A DNA stretch of 26,132 nucleotides from Macrostomum lignano (lineage: Eukaryota): NCBI GenBank assembly GCA_002269645.1, contig NIVC01005014.1:1-26132 (forward strand). Direction: 5' to 3'. This document shows positions 24,102-26,132 of the stretch, piece after piece. The notes beneath the pieces are model-generated. The model did no database searches. It was not told where the DNA came from and was given only the letters and a program-made list of their open reading frames with translations. The stretch's first letter is position 1. The number at the start of each line of letters is the position of its first letter. Made by a program: the position numbers and the translations under genes.

Positions 24102-24241
24102 CTTGGCTGGGTGTGTGTACGAGCGTATCTGCGCAATAATAACTAGCACGCTACATCACGCGTTATATCACGCTTACACAAAAAAACATACTTTTTAAAA
24201 AAGTTAACCGAATTTGAATGACACTTATTGGTTGAAGCAGA

Positions 24242-24276
24242 CCGATTTTGGGTGAACAATTACTAATCTCAGGGTC
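24242..24276 (+). repeat. Isolated degenerate monomer related to arrays A/B (CCGATTTTGGGTGAACAA-ttactaatc-TCAGGGTC)
   Basis: CGATT-TTGGGTGAACAAT matches A (CGATTCTTGGGTGAACCAT) with one gap and one mismatch, and TCAGGG-TC follows after a 9-bp insertion. Confidence 0.5.
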
Positions 24277-24946
24277 ATACACGGACACTAGGATAACTGT
24301 GTAGGTCGGTCAGTCGCAATAAATTTGCTCATCTACTGTTTTCAGTAGCAAAATTAGCATTTTTTGTCTTTATAGTAGATTTTTTACGAGATATTTAAAG
24401 CCTTTGAAGCTGCAAAATCGCCTTTGACTTTCTAGAAGCAGATCCATTTGGCAGTTTTTTCTTGAATCCAGAAATTATCTAGAACGGAATGAATTCAAGA
24501 TTGGAAATTGCGAGAAAACTGAAAAAACCACAAATCAATTACGTGTGCATAGCGAGCAAGAGAGAATGGGGTTGGCGCTCCAGACCCCGTCCGTCGAAAG
24601 TCCAGCCAACTTATCTAACGGCGAACTTAATAGGATCTCAAGATTTTCCGCATCTCGGAAGGATATGAAGCTAACGAATACTTTTTTGAGAGCGATGCTG
24701 TTCAGGAATTGAGTCATGCTGAGATGCTTCAGTTTCTTAGGTATCACTGCTACCAATAGAGGCACCATAATGACAATCATCTACTCCTACTTGTTGGAAT
24801 TTTGAACATAGATGCCGATAGAGAGGTCGATTTTCGTTCCTTCGGGGACTCGAATTTTTGGCCATAGACATTGGGCCGTATGCAGAAAGCTCTGTCTAGT
24901 GTAGTCCGGTCTTGAAAAGCTAGTCTGGACTTGGATTTGGTATGCA

Positions 24947-25859
24947 GAAACACAAAGTTAGACCGGTATACTTTAGCAGAACTAGGCTAGCTAGACCATA
25001 GACTATAGACTGAAACACAAAGTTAGACCGGTCTACTATAGCAGAACTAGGCTAGCTAGACCATAGACTATAGACTGAAACACAAAGTTAGACCGGTCTA
25101 CTATAGCAGAACTAGGCTAGCTAGACCATAGACTATAGACTGAAACACAAAGTTAGACCGGTCTACTATAGCAGAACTAGGCTAGCTAGACCATAGACTA
25201 TAGACTGAAACACAAAGTTAGACCGGTCAACTATAGCAGAACTAGGCTAGCTAGACCATAGACTATAGACTGAAACACAAAGTTAGACCGGTCTACTATA
25301 GCAGAACTAGGCTAGCTAGACCATAGACTATAGACTGAAACACAAAGTTAGACCGGTCAACTATAGCAGAACTAGGCTAGCTAGACCATAGACTATAGAC
25401 TGAAACACAAAGTTAGACCGGTCTACTATAGCAGAACTAGGCTAGCTAGACCATAGACTATAGACTGAAACACAAAGTTAGACCGGTCAACTATAGCAGA
25501 ACTAGGCTAGCTAGACCATAGACTATAGACTGAAACACAAAGTTAGACCGGTCTACTATAGCAGAACTAGGCTAGCTAGACCATAGACTATAGACTGAAA
25601 CACAAAGTTAGACCGGTCAACTATAGCAGAACTAGGCTAGCTAGACCATAGACTATAGACTGAAACACAAAGTTAGACCGGTCAACTATAGCAGAACTAG
25701 GCTAGCTAGACCATAGATTATAGACTGAAACACAAAGTTAGACCGGTCAACTATAGCAGAACTAGGCTAGCTAGACCATAGACTATAGACTGAAACACAA
25801 AGTTAGACCGGTCTGCTATAGCAGAACTAGGCTAGCTAGACCATAGACTCTAGACTGAA
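24947..25859. repeat. Minisatellite: 14 copies of the 65-bp unit GAAACACAAAGTTAGACCGGTC(T/A)ACTATAGCAGAACTAGGCTAGCTAGACCATAGACTATAGACT
   Basis: Copies start at 24947, 25012, 25077 ... 25792 with an exact 65-bp period. The first and last copies are the most diverged. Confidence 0.98.
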
Positions 25860-25866
25860 CTACCCA

Positions 25867-25890
25867 AGTCCGGACTAGCTAGTCTGGACT
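25867..25890. repeat. 24-bp near-perfect palindrome AGTCCGGACTAGCTAGTCTGGACT in the right subterminal region of the element
   Basis: Self-complementary except for one pair; read directly. Confidence 0.9.
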
Positions 25891-25913
25891 AGGCTTTATA
25901 CATACGGCCCATT

Positions 25914-26004
25914 GAGTTTTAGCGGGCGCAGTTAAAAATGCTTGCTTACTTGCTTCTATGTAAGACTAATACAGTACACAGCCTTCGCAAGTCCGCTAAA
26001 ACTC
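25914..26004. repeat. 12-bp perfect inverted repeat GAGTTTTAGCGG (25914-25925) / CCGCTAAAACTC (25993-26004) with a 67-bp spacer
   Basis: Exact reverse complements; read directly. Confidence 0.85.
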
Positions 26005-26010
26005 TAAAAT

Positions 26011-26100
26011 ACAGTACAGGCCCAGAAGTAGTATGATGAAAATATGTTAAAACAGTACAGTCAAACTACTAGAAGTAGTATGATGAAAATATGTTAAAAC
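26011..26100 (+). repeat. Local tandem duplication including an exact 30-bp direct repeat AGAAGTAGTATGATGAAAATATGTTAAAAC (26024-26053, 26071-26100)
   Basis: Both copies are also preceded by ACAGTACAG (26011, 26052), with a divergent middle (GCCC versus TCAAACTACT). Confidence 0.92.
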
Positions 26101-26132
26101 CAAAATTTTTAATGTCACGCGTTCATCCCCGA

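Larger units (their letters stand above)
24873..25910. mobile_element. Non-autonomous DNA-transposon-like element (MITE-type, PIF/Harbinger-like ends), 1038 bp, with an internal tandem array
   Basis: TIRs GGGCCGTATGCAGAAAGC (24873-24890) and GCTTTATACATACGGCCC (25893-25910) match 16/18. ATT flanks both sides (24870-24872, 25911-25913). A second inverted pair matches 16/17 (24918-24934 / 25864-25880). No transposase ORF. The superfamily is inferred from GGGCC termini and a 3-bp duplication. Confidence 0.75.

Noticed and set aside
24333-24366. CTACTG-TTTT-CAGTAG hairpin with a downstream T-run as an intrinsic terminator
   Set aside because: The 6-bp stem is weak, the T-run is not adjacent, and there is no prokaryotic gene context.
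24535-24780. 81-aa minus-strand ORF MIVIMVPLLVAV...
   Set aside because: Short, with no recognisable motif, and overlapped by equally long open frames on the other strand.
23791-24867. Alternative genetic code (TAA/TAG read as Gln) to join the plus frame-1 segments
   Set aside because: TGA still interrupts at 24067, the joined peptide is not recognisable, and there is no independent support.
24820-24867. NID...FRS...NFWP as a CACTA/EnSpm-like transposase motif (NIDGLPLFKS...QFWP)
   Set aside because: Spacing differs, the Gly after Asp is missing, and a stop follows immediately. Too weak without an HMM search.
26024-26132. Mini-CRISPR (30-bp repeat, 17-bp spacer)
   Set aside because: Only two copies, the spacer is too short, and similarity extends into the spacer (ACAGTACAG), indicating simple duplication.

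Overview
About 91% of this window is one continuous tandem array made of two related repeat families. Array A (1-~21530, roughly 800 copies) is GGGTGAACCATCAGGGCTCGATTCTT(G), 26 or 27 bp. Apart from a noisy first ~1.35 kb and one G>A at 1665, its only visible variation is 3 versus 4 G in TTGGG(G)TG. A ~300 bp hybrid zone leads into array B (~21623-23721, about 87 copies of the 24-bp GCGTGAGCCAGTGCCCGATTGTTG), which differs from A by 5 substitutions and a 3-bp indel. The remaining 2.4 kb is non-array DNA that looks eukaryotic by inference. It carries splice-like signals and a 1038-bp non-autonomous DNA-transposon-like element (18-bp TIRs starting GGGCC, ATT duplication, PIF/Harbinger-like) filled by 14 copies of a palindrome-rich 65-bp unit. 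No recognisable gene, RNA gene or CRISPR array is present. The most interesting lead is that A+B may be a single giant coding exon on the minus strand, reading (ALAHANNR)n then (ALMVHPKNR)n. Unit lengths are 24 and 27, substitutions cluster at synonymous third positions of that one frame, the frame opens right after a TTTTTTAG acceptor paired with an AAG|GTAAGT donor, and the frame-breaking G3 units look like homopolymer under-calls. This is a hypothesis; an ordinary or subtelomeric satellite remains a serious alternative.
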